Shown here in pieces: positions 62,253 to 64,000 of a stretch of DNA of 64,000 bases. The notes under the pieces were generated by a model that had not been told where the DNA came from, did not search any database, and saw only the letters and a list, made by a program, of their open reading frames with translations. The DNA comes from Chiloscyllium plagiosum. Taxonomy: Eukaryota. Location of the stretch: positions 85,728,534 through 85,792,533 of the forward strand of contig NC_057713.1 of the NCBI RefSeq assembly GCF_004010195.1, written 5' to 3'. A program made the position numbers and the translations under genes. The number at the start of each line of letters is the position of its first letter. Within the stretch, counting starts at the first letter, position 1.

Positions 62253-63550
62253 CTGCTGAACTGGAAGGTTTGTTTTCAGCTGTTTTGTCCCCATACTAGG
62301 TAACGTCATCAATGAGCCTTCAGTGAAGCACCAGTATTTGTGACCCGCTTTCTATTTATGTGTTTAGGTTTCCTTGGATTGGTGATGCCATTTTCTCTTC
62401 TTTTTCTCAGAGGGTGGTAAATGGGGTCAAATTGTTGATAGAGTTCTGGTTGGAATGCCATGCTTCTACGAATTCTCGTGCGTGTCTCTGTTTGGCTTGT
62501 CCTTGGATAGATATGTTGTCCTAGTCAAAGTGATTTCCTTCCTCATCTGTATGTAAGGATACTAGTGATAGTGGGTCATGTCTGTCTGTGGCTAATTGAT
62601 GTTCATGTATCCTGGTGGCTAGTTTTCTATTTGTCCAATGTAGTGTTTGTTACATTTCTTGCTAGGTATCTTGCAAGGCTGCAGAATGCTGAGAGAAATG
62701 ATTGATGATGCCCACAACAGACTCCATAAGTACAAAGTACATGCCAAAAAACTTTACTCACTAATTCTACAGACCATGAGTGGACAGACATAGTACAATG
62801 AGCCATAGACATTAGACAGTGACAAACACAGAAAATGAAAATGAAAAAACTTGCCCTGCAGAAATAGACAAGACAAACTCACACAAAATAACAACACAGG
62901 CAACACAGAAGCATGGATAAAAAAAAAACCTTATCTGACCGACCCTTAAAAGACACTGAGAAAGCCGTCTTAGTAAGAGGATTAAATTACAACTTCCTGG
63001 ATGCGGAATAGAAAGAATTCTTAGCAGCATTAGAAATAATACTGAAAGACAATGAAGCCACGTAAGTAATGCAGCAAACAATTAGACAGAGTCACACCAA
63101 CATTAAGCAGAAAAAAAACACACTCAATACACAAGAAAGGAAGGCCTTAGGAGGACTGAAAAAAGATAAAATAATTGTTATCCTACCTGCAGAAAAAGGA
63201 CGCTTGACAACACCAAAAAAAGATTGTCAAACAGAGACATGCATGAGAATTCCAAGAAGCATGGCATTCCAACCAGAACTCTATCAACTCTATTGACTTA
63301 GACCCCATTTACCACCCTTTGTGAAAAAGAAGAGGAAATAACATCACCACAGGAAATGACATCCTCAACCCAAGGAAACCTAAATAGATGAATAGAAAAT
63401 GGTTCACTAACACCAGTGCTTCACTGAAGGCTCACTGATGACGTTACATTGTATGGTAATGAAACATCTGAAAACGAACCTTCCAGCTCTGCAAGCAAAC
63501 TTACATCCAGAACCTCAACCTGATCTACAAATCTGCTCAAAACTCACTAG
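62253..63550 (+). mobile_element. PLE family C (Poseidon-like) with long inverted arm and internal deletion
   Basis: Minus 62400-62675: KIPSKKCNKHYIGQ..RKLATRIHEHQLAT...AKQRHAREFVEAWHS (GIY-YIG). Plus: LNTQERKALGGLKKDKIIVILPAEKGR (pre-RT) joined to KQRHA*EFQEAWHS. Inverted termini. Confidence 0.9.
63432..63471 (+). ncRNA. Minimal hammerhead motif (family C), core intact
   Basis: TCA-CTGATGA(63435-63441)-C-GTTAC-attgtatg-GTAAT-GAAA(63461-63464)-CATC|TGA. Confidence 0.7.
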
Positions 63551-64000
63551 TTTTTCTACTAACATTATCCAGGATTACCTTTATATATACCGAAGGAGCC
63601 CTAGCAAATGCAATGTACTATATATAGGATAAGATTCTATATAGCCTGCCAGTTTAGAACCATCTTTGTAATTCTATTAGTTATGTGATCTTATATTATT
63701 GATGACGAGGATTACCTTATTTACATATTAACACTAACCCTTTACACTGCTGTTTCAAATCTTTATTGTGCAGTTTTACCTATGATCAGCTTAGTATCTA
63801 TCAATGTCCATACATTGAGAGTGAGAGTTAGTCCTTTCATGCTGTTGTTTACGATCGTGAAATATCGTGTCAAATATTTGGTATTGAGACCTTTTCTTAA
63901 AAGTATTCATCAATGCAAAAAAATGGCTGGAGTTATTTACAACTCTGTTCCTTATTGCCAGTATGAGCAGTCCCTCCTCTCAGTGAACATTGTGCTACCC

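Overview
Repeat-rich, AT-rich vertebrate genomic DNA, most likely a shark (inferred from HE1/V-SINEs, HER1/CR1 LINEs, DeuSINEs and Penelope-like element ends; probably a carpet/bamboo shark). I can support no host protein-coding exon, rRNA, true tRNA gene or CRISPR array, so the window reads as intergenic or deep intronic. Recognisable ORF-track hits are fragments of CR1/L2/RTE reverse transcriptases, Penelope GIY-YIG/RT, SINE read-through or a decayed Harbinger-type Myb/SANT gene. The most interesting structure is a set of Penelope-like element (PLE) insertions from at least three families. They carry minimal hammerhead ribozyme motifs (CTGATGA-stem II-GAAA, palindromic stem III). Most share one asymmetric fold-back layout: an inverted arm without a tail, a sense arm with a ~20-55 nt tail, and in seven cases a 10-15 bp target-site duplication. 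The smallest is a 21-bp tail-only insertion. Boundaries of old repeats are approximate (tens of bp), and family names come from my recollection of consensus sequences, not from database searches.
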